A stretch of 64,000 bases of DNA, taken from Felis catus (taxonomy: Eukaryota). Below are positions 12,658 through 24,600 of the stretch, piece after piece. The position numbers were made by a program, and so were the translations under genes. A model generated the notes under the pieces. The model saw only the letters and a list, made by a program, of their open reading frames with translations, did not search any database and was not told the DNA's origin. The stretch's first letter is position 1. Each line of letters starts with the position of its first letter. The stretch covers positions 1,862,001 to 1,926,000 of the forward strand of contig NC_058369.1 in NCBI RefSeq assembly GCF_018350175.1. Direction: 5' to 3'.

Positions 12658-12815
12658 CAAAAATAAATGAACATTAAAAAAATAATAGCTATCCTAGTAA
12701 GTGTGAAATGGTGTTTCACTGTGGTTTTGATTTGCGTTTCCCTGATGCCTGATGATGTTGAGCATCTTTTCGTGTGCTTGTTGGCCATTTGTAGATCTCC
12801 TTGGGAAAATGTGAG
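10820..12815 (-). mobile_element. L1MB-like 3' fragment interrupted by five SINEs
   Basis: L1 sequence resumes at ~12150; gtggttttgatttgcgtttccctgatg...ttggccatttgta. Confidence 0.75.
11180..12135 (-). mobile_element. array of four tandem SINECs
   Basis: four heads ending ggcgcccc at ~11384, 11613, 11897, 12135. Confidence 0.9.
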
Positions 12816-13058
12816 AGCCACAAGGTTTCTTTAATTAGTATTTTTTACCGTTTGCTTAGTTTTGAGAGAGAGAGAGAGACAGAGCATGAGCAGGGGAGGG
12901 GCAGGGAGAGAGGGTGACACAGAATCCCATGCAGGCTCCAGTCTCTGAGCTGTCAGCACAGAGCCCGACGCGGGGCTCGATCCCACGAATCGTGAGATCA
13001 TGACCTGAGCCGAGATCAAGAGTCGGGTGTTTAACTGACTGAGCCCCCCAGGTGCCCC
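12470..13058. mobile_element. SINEC + (12470-12685) and SINEC - (12840-13058)
   Basis: Can-SINE consensus. Confidence 0.9.
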
Positions 13059-13143
13059 GAGGTCCGCAAGTTTTTAATTAGGAAAATAAAATCTTCAGCT
13101 TGGTCAACACGCCGTGTCTCCAGTGTGCTCTTGTCTCTTCCAG

Positions 13144-13334
13144 AAACCTTGAAGACCCGAAGTGCCGATGCAGGCGTTGAGTTTGGTGCACTGTCCGCAG
13201 CCCAAGCCCCTCAGGCCGCCGGTCCTTCCCCGTGGGTGGGGGGTTCACTCTTTCTACCAGTGGTGCCTTTCCAGCTGGAGCAAGGAGTAGCTGTGTGGAC
13301 GGGGGGGAAGGAACTCCCCAAACCTCCTGTTCAG
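13144..13334 (+). CDS. ZNF554: ZNF554 exon 4 (extended KRAB-B-like, FQLEQG..W); 191 nt, apparent -1 frameshift at ~13301-13310
   Basis: tcttccAG acceptor, CAG|GTGAGA donor. The peptide aligns to recalled human EALKNQ...LEQREALW, and the GTPQTSCS end lies in a shifted frame. Confidence 0.85.
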
Positions 13335-13564
13335 GTGAGAGCCAGGCAGATACGAGCCACTGAATGGGGGCGGCGTCTTGGGGACTGCAGGTCACGGGTC
13401 TCTCCACAGACGCCCTCTTGCTTAAGGAGCAGGTTGAGGTCTTTGGTGGCAGTTTCTCAGATACCTTTATTCATTCTCCAGCAGGCTTGTCCTGTGCGCC
13501 GACTTCTACAAGGCTTTGGGTGCAGAGGAAATACATCTCATTTCTTTCTTTTCTTTTTTCTTTT

Positions 13565-13787
13565 TTTTTCTTTTTTAAATGTTTATTTGAGGGAGGGAGA
13601 GAGAGAGAGAGAGTGCGAACATGAGTGGGGGAGGGGCAGAGAGAGGGGGAGACACAGAATGTGAAACAGGCTCCGGGCTCTGAGCCGTCAGCACAGAGCC
13701 CGACGCGGGGCTCAAATCCACGAACTGTGAGATCGTGACCTGAGCCGAAGTCGGACGCTCAACCGACTGAGCCCCCCGGGCGCCCCT
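13565..13787 (-). mobile_element. SINEC_Fc
   Basis: Can-SINE consensus. Confidence 0.9.
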
Positions 13788-14115
13788 CATTTCCTTCTGG
13801 AAGCTATTCTACCTGTGTTTCTTGTTACATATGTTCCCTCTCTGCCTTCTTGATAATTCTTTCTCTTTGCCATTCTCATCCCCCCTCCTTTGTAGGGCCA
13901 TCCCTTCTACATTTACGTTCGCCCCCGTTTTCCGTCATCGGCAAACTTCTTACACTGCGTCCTGGCCTCGGGAGCTTTTCCTGTTTTCTCCTGTGTTGAG
14001 CGCTGATACTTGAACGCGGATTCACATGTACCTCATGCATGTTGGAAGTACTTTTGTGCCGCCATTATTAAGTTAAAAGTGTCTTCTCTCCCCCCCTTTT
14101 CTCAATTTATTTCAG

Positions 14116-15275
14116 ATTTGGCTGCCAAACTGAAAAGCCAAGAGTCATCTTGTAAGAAGGTGGTTTGGGGGGAAGAACCACCCAGTGGTGTGACTATAGT
14201 AAAGCTTCCCAAAGGAGACTGGAGCTATGGTCAACTTGAGGAGAATCGTGAAGCCCTGCACAGGCTTTGGAGGCAGCTGGCGTACCCCCAGGCGGAGGTG
14301 TTTGCTCAAAGGGAGACCACTGCTTGGCATGAGTTTGGGGAAGCCTGTAGTATGAGCTCAGACCTTGCTTTGTCTCAAGGAGGTTCTACAGAAGAACATT
14401 CCCACGACTGTGGTCTAGATATTGAGAGTTTGGTAGCTAATCCATTCTTAAACCATCATCAGATGGCATATACAGATCAGAGACCCTGTGAAGGGAACGA
14501 ATGTGGAAAAGACGTCGGCCACAACAGTGCCTTCGGTCAACACCACAGAGCCGCCGAAAGCGGGGAATCATTTCCTCACGGTATGGCTCTCACAACACAC
14601 AACACGGTGAATACAGCGGGGAAACCCTACGAGTGTCACCACTGCGGGAAAGTGTTTAACCGGAGGCATTCCCTGAGTGAACATCAGAGAATCCATACAG
14701 GAGAGAGACCATATGAATGTCAGGAATGTGGGCGAGCCTTTACGCACAGCTCAACCCTCACACGACACTTGAGAACTCATACTGGAGAGAAACCCTATGC
14801 GTGCGGCGAATGTGGGAAAGCCTTCAACAGGATTTCGTCTCTCACCCAACACCAGAGGATTCACACAGGGGAAAAGCCCTACAAATGCAAAGACTGCGGA
14901 AAGTCCTTCTGCCAGAGTTCTTACCTGGTCTTGCACAAGAGAACGCATACGGGCGAGAAGCCCTACGAATGTAACGAGTGTGGAAAGGCCTTCAGTGATC
15001 GTTCCTCGCTTAACCAACACGAGCGGACTCACACCGGTGAGAACCCCTATGAATGTAATCAGTGCGGAAGAGCCTTCAGTCAGAGGTCTTCCCTCGTGAG
15101 GCACGAGAGGACTCACACCGGAGAGAAACCGTACGGCTGTAGCGAATGTGGGAAAGCGTTCAGCCAGAGCTCGTCCCTTATCACACACCAGAAAACTCAC
15201 ACCAGTCAGAAAACCTATAAAATAATTGATTGTGGGAAAGCTTTCTATCAGAGCAGCAACCTCATTGGGTTTTAG
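14116..15275 (+). CDS. ZNF554: ZNF554 terminal exon: spacer + 7 C2H2 zinc fingers + degenerate C-terminal finger
   Basis: tttcAG acceptor at 14115. Fingers [27 protein letters not shown] etc. and the C-terminus [17 protein letters not shown] match recalled human ZNF554. Confidence 0.93.
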
Positions 15276-15394
15276 AGACCACTTGCTGCCTGTAAGGTAC
15301 CTTTCAGCTCTCTGCTACAGAAGTATGGTTAGATTTTGCCCTTCTGATGGGACTGTTTGAAAAGAAGTAGGCTTCTGCACGTTCTTTTTTAAAA

Positions 15395-15868
15395 AATGTT
15401 TAACGTTTATTTATTTTTGAGACAGAGAGAGACAGAGCGTGAACGGGGGAGGGGCAGAGAGAGAGGGAGACACAGAATCGGAAACAGGCTCCAGGCTCGG
15501 AGCGGTCAGCACAGAGCCCGACGCGGGGCTCGAACTCACAGACCGCGAGATCATGACCTGAGCCGAAGTCGGACGCTCGACCGACTGAGCCACTCAGGTG
15601 CCCCATGCACGTTCTTGAAGAAAAGCTCCGAGGTCTAGATCTGAGAAGGGACCTTTCAGTGGGGGAAATTGCCATTGAGCTATGCTGAGTGGGGCGTGTC
15701 CTTTTGGAAAAGATTGATAAATGTGAACAGCAATGTGGAAAGGGATTTTGCTGAGAATCGTCATACGAATTTAGTTGTTGAAACAGAATACCTTTTGTTT
15801 CAAAATTCAGTATTAAAAAATGTTTATTATGGGAAGAGATTATGCTAGCAAGAGAGGGGCAGAGAAAG

Positions 15869-15920
<52 letters not shown>

Positions 15921-16260
15921 AATCCCAAGCAGGCTCCGTGCTGTCAGTGCAGAGCCTGACATGGGACTCGATTCCACAAACCCTGAGATCATGACTTGAG
16001 CTGAAATCAAGAGTCAGATATTCAACCAACAAAGCCACCCAGGTGCCCCATCAAAATTCAGTATTTTTTTAATGTTTATTTTTGAAAGAGAGAGAGAGAG
16101 AGAGAGAGACAGAGCATGAGTGGGGGGAGGGGCAGAGAGGGAGACACAGAATCAGAAGCAGGCTCCAGGCTCTGAGCCATCAGCACAGAGCCCACCAACC
16201 ACGAGATCACGACCTGAGCTGAAGTTGGACGCTTAACTGACTAAGCCACCCAGGTGCCCC
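15395..16260 (-). mobile_element. three SINECs downstream of the ZNF554 stop
   Basis: 15395-15604, 15820-16049, 16065-16260. Confidence 0.9.
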
Positions 16261-16417
16261 CAAATTCAGTACTTTTGTTTCAATAGTCTGTTTCAGTATT
16301 TTACTTAGTCATCCTGCCCCTGTCGGTCCCTTAGCTAGGTGCTAACTTGTTTCGTGCCCGGCTGTGTCAACACAGAACGTGTGCTCACACGGAAAGAGCT
16401 TTGGGTGCACAGTGAAA

Positions 16418-16423
16418 AATAAA
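16418..16423 (+). terminator. candidate poly(A) signal of ZNF554
   Basis: first + strand AATAAA I found after the stop, with GT-rich sequence downstream. Confidence 0.3.
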
Positions 16424-16889
16424 GTGTGCAAAATGGTATGTGTGACTCCGTCCAGTGTATTCTGAATATGTACATAAACGGACAAAGGCTGGGCAGAGAT
16501 GTGGAGGAACTGGACAGAGTTTGTCAGAGTTATCCGATGATGTGTGGTTTCCTGCCTTTTGTCATTTTGTCTGGCGTTGCTATAATCGTTTTGACGGTAG
16601 GTAGAAATCAAACGACCCCAAGGGATAGCAGGTTTCTTTGATCAGGATTGCCGATGCCATGGTGGGGAGGGTAGAGTGCAGTCGGTCTTGGGACGGGGGG
16701 AGTGGAGCAGCCTTTGACAGCTTGGGAGAAATCCCACCCGTGAGGCGGACTTGCCTGAGTGGAGACCGAGAGCTCTGATGTGCACCGTCACCAGCACCAG
16801 CGTCACCTGTTGGTTGCTTGCTCTGTTTCCAGCACTTGTGTGTGGTTCATCATTGACTCTCACCAAGCCCAGGAGATAGTAGCTGTTCA

Positions 16890-17035
16890 CCTGCCGACAC
16901 TACAAAAGGGCAAACAGAAATAAGGGAGCTTGTCCAGAGTCAGATGACTAGACGGTGCCGGACCCAGGATTTGAACCTGAACGACCTGTACAAGGGCCCA
17001 TGCCACGTTTGGATGCAGGGGGACTGTGCTTTCTA
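16890..17035. mobile_element. MIR fragment
   Basis: core-like ccaggatttgaacct. Confidence 0.5.
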
Positions 17036-17581
17036 AATTCTCCCTTGGAAGTCATTTGACCTTTGTCTAGATCTTCCCCTTTCTCTGCGGCTGATGAGGA
17101 AGGTTGCCTGTCGGGTCTCCTCTCACCTAAGTGGTACCTGATCACGTCGTTTGTTGCTGCCTTTCTCAAGTAGGGATCCCTCATCTGGGGTCTGTGTAGA
17201 CCCTACTGGGCTGACGGATACGTTTCTTTAAGGGCTCCACGAACAGTTTGTGCTCGATGCAGGATGTATGTTGGGGCATAGCGCGTCATCTGGGGAAGGA
17301 TCTGTAGCTTTCATCCAGTTCTGAGGGCTGGCTGACGTCGGGGTGTCACAAGCGCACTGTTTTCCGGTCTCTATCCCTTGCTCCCTCCAACAGTTGTGGG
17401 GAACTCCTTGTGCTAGGTGGCTGTGCGTAAGGTGGATGAGGTGTCTGCCCTCCCTGCACATATATTCGAGGAGTGGGGAAGCAGGACGGCCTCGTCGGTT
17501 GTGATGTGTGCAGTCACCCAAGTGTGTCTCACAAAGGTCCTGTGATTGGTTAAATACTCTAGTGTATCCATATTGATATTC

Positions 17582-18438
17582 TTTTTTTTTTTATGTTTAT
17601 TTTTGAGAGAGACAGAGCATGAGCTGAGCAGGGGCAGAGAGAGATGGAGACACAGAATCCGAAGCAGGCTCCAGGCTCTGAGCTGTCAGCACAGAGCTTG
17701 ACGCAGGGCTCGAACCCACGAACCATGAGATCATGACCTGAGCCGAAGTCTGGTGCTTAACCGACTGAGCCACCCAGGTGCCATATACATTATATGGCAT
17801 TATATGTTTTTTTTTTTTTTTTAATTTTTTTTTCAATGTTTATTTTATTTTTGGGACAGAGAGAGACAGAGCATGAACGGGGGAGGGGCAGAGAGAGAGG
17901 GAGACACAGAATCGGAAACAGGCTCCAGGCTCTGAGCCATCAGCCCAGAGCCTGACGCAGGGCTCGAACTCACGGACCGCGAGATCGTGACCTGGCTGAA
18001 GTCGTATGCTTAACCGACTGCGCCACCCAGGCGCCCCAACGTTTATTTATTTTTGAGACAGAGACAGAGCATGAACGGGGGAGGGGCAGAGAGAGAGGGA
18101 GACACAGAATCGTAAACAGGCTCCAGGCTCTGAGCCATCAGCCCAGAGCCCGACGCGGGGCCCGAACTCACGGACCGCGAGATCGTGACCTGGCCGAAGT
18201 CGGACGCTCAACCGACTGCGCCACCCAGGCGCCCCGGCATTATATGTTTTAATGTTTATTTTTGAGAGAGAGAGCACAAGCAGGATACAGGCAGAGAGAG
18301 GGAGAGAGAATCCCAGGCAGGCTCTGTGCCATCAGCATAGAGCCCGACACAGGGCTTGATCCCACAAATCATGAGATCATGACCTGAGCCAAAATCAAGA
18401 GTTGGACGATTAACCGACTGAGCCGCCCAGGTGCCCCC
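17582..18438 (-). mobile_element. nested array of four SINECs
   Basis: four heads; internal TSD ggcattatatgtttt. Confidence 0.9.
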
Positions 18439-19424
18439 CATCTTGATATTCAGAGGATCCCCCTGCTATGTTTTCATTTTGCAGTGAGCTCTGCTCATTG
18501 TATAGCCAGATCCATGATGGAGTGAGGGGCAGGGACAGATGTGAAATAGCTAACCAAATACTTTAATTAAATAATTGCAGATTTTGGTAGTGCTCTTGGG
18601 GACGTAAACAGGATGATGCTGTGATAGATAAAAAGAGAGTGACTAACGTCGGGGCCTTTCTGACAACCTGATACTTAATTTGAAATGTGAGTCACTGGAG
18701 CTTCCAAGGTGAGGACTTTAACCAGAGGAAAGCTTTCATTTAGCTTTGTTTTCACATATTTCAAAACTATTTAGAGGGGCACCTGGCTGGCTCAGTTAGT
18801 AGAGTGTGTGACTCTTGATCTCAAGGTTGTGAGATTATGGACACGGAGCCCATTAAGAAAAATATTTACAACATTTTTTTTTATTTATCTCAAAGTATTT
18901 TGAGAGAGAATGTATATATATATTTTCAATTTCTTGGTGTTTAAATGCCCATCTCCCTCTCTTTAAAAACAAATTCTTTTTCTTGTCTGATTGCAATGGC
19001 TCAATCCTTTAGTACAATATTGAACAGGAGTGTTGAGAACACACCTCCTTGCTTTATTCCAGATCTTAGGGAAAAGCATTCAGTCCTTCACCATGGAGTA
19101 TGATGTTTTCTGTGGGCTTTCTGTAGATCCCCATTATCTTTATTATCTTGTTAAGTTTCTGCTTTATTGTGCTGTGGTCTGAGAATGTGTCTACTGTCCT
19201 GAATCTTTAAAACGTGTTGAGTTTCATTGTGTGGTGTACCCTGTGGTCAAGTTTTAAAACATTCTCTAGATCTTGGGGAGAAGCTGTGTTCTTTGTTTTT
19301 ATGCTATGGAATCTGGCTTGCCTGCTGCATCAACCTTTTTCATCATTGGCTGTCAAATTTCACGTCAGGACGTTCAGATTTAACAAGTGAGAGTTGGTGC
19401 CCAGTAATGTGCATTAAAAAAATT

Positions 19425-19630
19425 TTTTTTTAATGTTTATTTATTTTTGAGAGAAAGACAGAGTGCTAATAGCGGATGGGCAGAGAGAGAGGGAGACACA
19501 GAATCCGAAGCAGGCTCCAGGCTCTGAGCTGTCGGCACAGAGCCCGACGTGGGGCTTGAACCCACGAACCGTGAGATCATGACCTGAGCCCAAGTAGGAC
19601 GCTTAACCGACTGAGCCACCCAGGCGCCCC
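19425..19630 (-). mobile_element. SINEC_Fc
   Basis: Can-SINE consensus. Confidence 0.9.
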
Positions 19631-20269
19631 ACCTCTGCTTTTTAAACAAAACTAGCCTTTCATTTTGGAATAATTTTTCACCTCCTGTGAATTTCAACCT
19701 TTAAAATTCCTTGCATCTCTCATTTTTAGTACATAATTGAATTTTGCTTTAGGATTCAAAGCAGAAAATCCATTTGTTTTTAAAGGACACATTTATGCCA
19801 ATTATTGCTTTGATGAATGTTGTTGGCTTTAATTCTGATGTATTTTATGTCGTTTTTCTTATTTTTGAAGCTTTTATTTTCTGTCTTCTACTGTTGTTTG
19901 TATTGGTGGAGTGTATTTCTTTGCTGGTGTTTTTGGAAGGTGTATTTCCTGCTTCAGTCTTTTGGCATTTTATTTTATTACATTAAACCCTATAATGAAA
20001 CCTGTAGTGATTATCAGTATTAAGCAGCTTTTGTAGGATAAAAAGGTCGAGTCACAGAGTGTGTATAGTATATAAGGGCACTTTAAAATTGAAAGTCGGG
20101 AAAATGTTATATGTAGTTTGTGGATCCAAATGTATGTCATGGCAATAATACGCACTAAATTTGTGATTATGGTTTCCTCTGGGAGGACGTGGAAGGGATC
20201 TTGGGATTCTGGAGGTGATACACAGGGCGTTTCAACTCTATCTGTGATGTTTTCTTTCTATTTTATCTT

Positions 20270-20484
20270 ATTTATTTTTTATGTTTGTTTATTTTTAAGA
20301 AAGAGAGAGAGAGACAGCGTGAGCGGGCAAGGGGCAGAGAGAGAGGGAGACACAGAATCTGAAGCAGGCTCCAGGCTTCAAGCGGTCAGCACAGAGCCTG
20401 ACACGGGGCTCGAACCCATGAACTGTGAGATCATGACCCGAGCCGAAGTCAGATGCTCAACCCACTGAGCCACCCAGGCGCCCC
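20270..20484 (-). mobile_element. SINEC_Fc
   Basis: Can-SINE consensus. Confidence 0.9.
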
Positions 20485-20969
20485 TGTAAAGTATCAGATT
20501 TCTTTCAAGAAATCTGATAGGGGATGGTAAACCGATAGGATTTCATACATCTTGGCAGTAGATACATGAGTATTGAAAATGTCGCGGCATGTTCTGTATG
20601 GTTGGAATGTGGGGGGACGGGTTGAAAGTGCTCCCCTTCTCCCCCTGTTGTGGTTATCATTAGGAGATACTTCTTTGAGGAATGCAAAAACCAGCCCTCC
20701 CAACGCCTTACGAATGGATGCTTACGGTTTGGATAAAATCTCTAGTCAGAATATCATCTATCTGAAAAGTGCTTCCTTTCAAAAACAAAGATGCAAAGAC
20801 ATTGTTCTCTAAAAAACGGTCAGATCACCCCAAGATGCGCCGCTGTGGGAGCAGAGTCATGTTGAAGGAGCCCGTGGCAAGTTCAAAGCCGTCCCACAAA
20901 AACTCGGGCTGGGAAGAGGCGTTCTTTGTGCCCCATGCCGAGGCATTTTCCTCTGCCTCAGAGCCATCC

Positions 20970-21400
20970 TGTGAACTTCCTGTGACTGCTGTAACAAATT
21001 CCTGCACACTTAGTGACTTAACCAATTTCTTACAACAGTTCTGGAGGTCAGAAGTCTAAAATCTAAGGTGTTGGCAAGGCCGTCTTCTTTTTGGAGACCC
21101 TAAGGGAGAATCTCTTCCCTCACCTTTATCTGGCTTCTAGAAGCCACCCAAACTCCTTGGCCTGAGATCCCTCCGACATCCTCACAGCCAGCAGCTGGGG
21201 GTCTGACCATCTCTCTGACTCCTACCCCCTGCCTTTGTCTCCTGAGGACCTCCTGAGGACGCTGGGCTGGCTGCCTGGGAACCCAGGGTCACCCCCGCCT
21301 CAGGGCCCTTAATCCCTTCTGCAAAGTCCCTTTTGCCATGTCCGGGGCCATGTTCACAGGTTCTGGTGATCACCACGTGTGCACCTTTATTCTGCCGGCC
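20970..21400 (-). mobile_element. MLT1 solo LTR
   Basis: gctgtaacaaat...cagttctggaggtcagaagtctaaaat. Confidence 0.75.
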
Positions 21401-22369
21401 ACATCTTTCATACTTGGCTTTATGATGTGGGGTTGGAGTGGGCTGAACATGCAGGAAACCACATTTCTACTTCGCCAGCGGCTCCCCGAATACCAGAACC
21501 TTCTAACCGCAGGGTGGATGGAGGCCGCAGGAGGGAGAAGGGGTCTGCGCCTTCCTGTCCTGTCACTCTGTGCGTTTGAGAATGCCTTTGTTACCTCCAC
21601 ACATGAATCACATCTCAAATAACTTGACTCACACTTCTTTCCCCTCAGGGGGCTACAGTTTTACTTTGTTCTCTGTGCAATGAATGTTTTGTGAAGAATC
21701 CCGAGATCAGCCTCATTTTCCACCTTAATGAATGAAATGACATGTCCTCTATGAGTGATGCTTACAGGGTATTTATCTGAACACACTATGGCAGGCAGAC
21801 GGTGCTGGAGGTTCGTGCCAGAACCCAGTCTTAAGGCAGACTTCTAAATCTCATGCAGACTTATTGAAATTTGGCTTTCATTATTAATCCATATTAAGCG
21901 AAAACGTATATAATCATACTTTGAATAGCTTATGAATCCAACAAGTCATTTATTTTTAACTCGAAGCTTTTTATGTATTAATTTTCTAAACACTAATTTT
22001 TATGACAGCGTACAAAACCTTTTTGCAAACCCCCCCCCGATTTTTTTTTTTTTTTTAATTCTGTTTGTAAATCAAGTAAGTGGTACCAAGCGTTTGGACG
22101 TCCAGACCCAGCCTAGGCACAGTTTTCTTAAGCGGGTAGGCCTTATTAGATACCTTGGGTGTTAAGCCCCCATTTATTAAGTGTTTTCAGGTCCGTCCCA
22201 AAGCCTTACAGAAGCTTTCCTGTTGTTTCAAATCAGTTAAGATAGGAACTCAATTGCCTGGGGGACATCACGCGTTTAGGCTGCAGAATTCCCTGGGGAC
22301 ACAACAGAACCCTGATTCGAAATACATCTCTCTGCAGCGTAAAACGCACACCTGCGGGTTTCAAAAGCT

Positions 22370-23650
22370 GCCCGCACTGGGGCGGGGCGCCAGGTCCCGA
22401 TCCCCCGCGATCAGCGGACCTCCAGCACCAGGACGGCGCCGGAGCCTCAGATGTCAAAGGTCACTCCTGAACCCCGAGCCCGACCCGGCCTTCCGTGCGG
22501 TGACGTCACTGCGTAGGGTCTTTGTTCTTGAACAAAGAGTACTCGTCCACGGTCACCTCGCCTCCGGGCCTTGCGGCCCTGTCTTCTCGGTCCCGGCTCC
22601 GGGCAGGGGACGCTCCGCGGGGAAACCGAGTCAGGAGGTCAGGGCCTGCCACGCCGCGCCACCGGGAGGCTCAACTCCCGGCGCACATCCGGAGCGCGCG
22701 GGTCAGCCACGTGTGTCGGGACGGCCTGTCGCTCAGGTGCAGGGGTGTGGTCACGGAGGACCGTCCAATCAGAACGACAAGGGCGTTTCTCGGAACACAA
22801 TCAGGGGCCCCGGGGGCGGTGCCTGGATAACTAGCCAATCAGGGACTTGAGTGAGGAGCACTGTCCAATCAAGGGCACCAGAGGCGGGTCTCGGAAAAGC
22901 ATCCAATCAGGAGCCCTGGGAGAGGGAGGACTCCGAGCACCATCCAATCAGGGCGCGGGGGCCCGGAACACCGTCCAATCAGGCGCGGGGGCGGGCGCGC
23001 TTGCGGCCGCGTGGACGTGGCTCCGGGCAGGTCCCGGGGGCTCCTGCGCACCTGCCCGCGCGGACCCAGGTGTCTTCCTCTCACCTGCCCGGCCCTCGGG
23101 CCCGCGGGGAAGACGTCTTCCCCGGAGAGCTCGGAGCCGAGCCCCGACATGGTGAGTGCGCGCGGCCCGGGCCGAGACCGGGAGTAGGTGGTTCCATCCG
23201 GCCGGAACCCGCTCCCTGCGGCCGCGGCCCGGGTGTCCCCGTCCCCGGGGCTCCCGACCCGAGTCTCCGCCTTCGGGCGAGGGAGGGGGGGATATTGGGG
23301 ACTCGCAGTCCCGGGTTGCCCCCCACCTCGGGGGGCGGGCGAGGAGTGTGGGGGCACCTGTCTGGGGCCCTGGGCTCGGGGTTGGGGGACCCCCTGACAG
23401 ATCATTGGCCCCAGGTAACCGCTCCTGGGAGGGACGTGGCAGACAGCGGACTGGATCTGGGGCTGAGGGGAGAGGCGGTTCCGGCGCCTGGGTTCCCCTG
23501 CGGGGGGCTGGTGCGGCCTCCTGCGAAGCGTCATGCCCTCCCCTCAACACCTGCAGCGGGCCCGGGGTCGGCGCCCTTTGTTCGGGGGTGCAGTGCGGGG
23601 GCCCTGCACCGCGCCTGCCTGGTTCGTCCCCCCCCCCCCCCCCCCCCCCA
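22370..23650 (+). promoter_or_regulatory. ZNF555: ZNF555 CpG-island promoter with CRE and tandem CCAAT boxes
   Basis: CpG-dense; TGACGTCA 22501-22508; CCAAT at 22765, 22835, 22865, 22903, 22944, 22975; GC boxes; ATG|GTGAGT at 23149. Confidence 0.9.
23149..23151 (+). CDS. ZNF555: ZNF555 exon 1 coding part (start codon only)
   Basis: gacATG|GTGAGT. Splicing to 34402 gives [11 protein letters not shown], the recalled ZNF555 N-terminus. Confidence 0.85.
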
Positions 23651-24600
23651 GTAGATGTATTCACTTACCGGAACCTCGGTGTTTTAGCAGATGTCAAACA
23701 GAAAAATAAGAAAATGTCTTACGTTCCATTTGTTAAACGTTCTCTGGAAGTCCGTCCCCGTGTGTAGTCAGTTTCTCAGGTCTGTGCCTTTGGGTGATGA
23801 CAGGTGGAATCCCGGGCCTCCCCGGGAAAGGCTTTCTGGGGAAAAGAGTGTCCGAGGAATAGAGAACATCTCCCTTCCCGAGGGCTGCGGAGGAACGAAT
23901 ACCCTTCCGCAAAGCGTGGTAGGTCAGTTGGTAAATTAGAAGGATAAACCAGTCTGTGAGATTGGTTGGCCAATCTCGTTGAGTTGGCCGCGTGGAGCGT
24001 TTGTGACAGTACCGGTTCCTTTTATTGCTGATACACTTTGCTGTAATGTGCAACAAATTAGTGTCCATGGAAGGGGTAGGAATGCAAGCATCTTTGTTAT
24101 TTAGAAGTCAGTCTGTCACTGTCTCGTGAATTAAAGTGTTCATCATTTCTGCCTCCGCTCTTCAGGGGCTGTCCCGCCGTGAATCGAGTTTCCCCGTAGG
24201 CCTGGACCCGTTTCCCATTGATCCGGCCGTCTTCCATCATGTCGGAGTGCTGTTGCCTTAAAATCCCGGGTGTCCGCAGGCCCTGCCTTGTTATTTAGAA
24301 CACTTTGCCTGTCCTTGGACATTTGTTCTTCTTGTTAGATTTGCAGAATTACTCTTTGTCTAGTCCCCCCAAAAAAACCACACTTGGGCTTGTGGGTTTA
24401 ATAGAATATTACGAAGACCGTAGGTCTGTCTTGGGAGGGATCTTGTCTCTGTGTTTTCTTTCCATTTATTTCTTTTTGGGTATTAACCCTTAATGGTTTC
24501 AGATTTTTCCATTTGGCTCTTTCTATAGCTTTCATTTTACTTATTTGATACTACTGAAATTTGGTTTTCACCATGGTATGTGTCGTCTTTTTTAAATGAA

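Noticed and set aside
13261..13334. Internal acceptor ctttctaccAG as a rescue of the exon 4 frameshift
   Set aside because: The resulting 74-nt exon has the same remainder mod 3, so the frame is still broken
14010..14115. ORF-track starts at 14010 and 35975 as gene starts
   Set aside because: They lie in introns upstream of clear acceptors (14116, 35995)
14717..15200. Alternative-frame and antisense ORFs over finger exons (also 36668-37197)
   Set aside because: Expected shadow ORFs of repetitive C2H2 codons
22155..23767. Overlapping 200-270 aa ORFs (also 50456-51070, 55765-56631)
   Set aside because: GC-rich CpG islands lack stops in all frames; the peptides are low-complexity Gly/Pro/Arg with no domain
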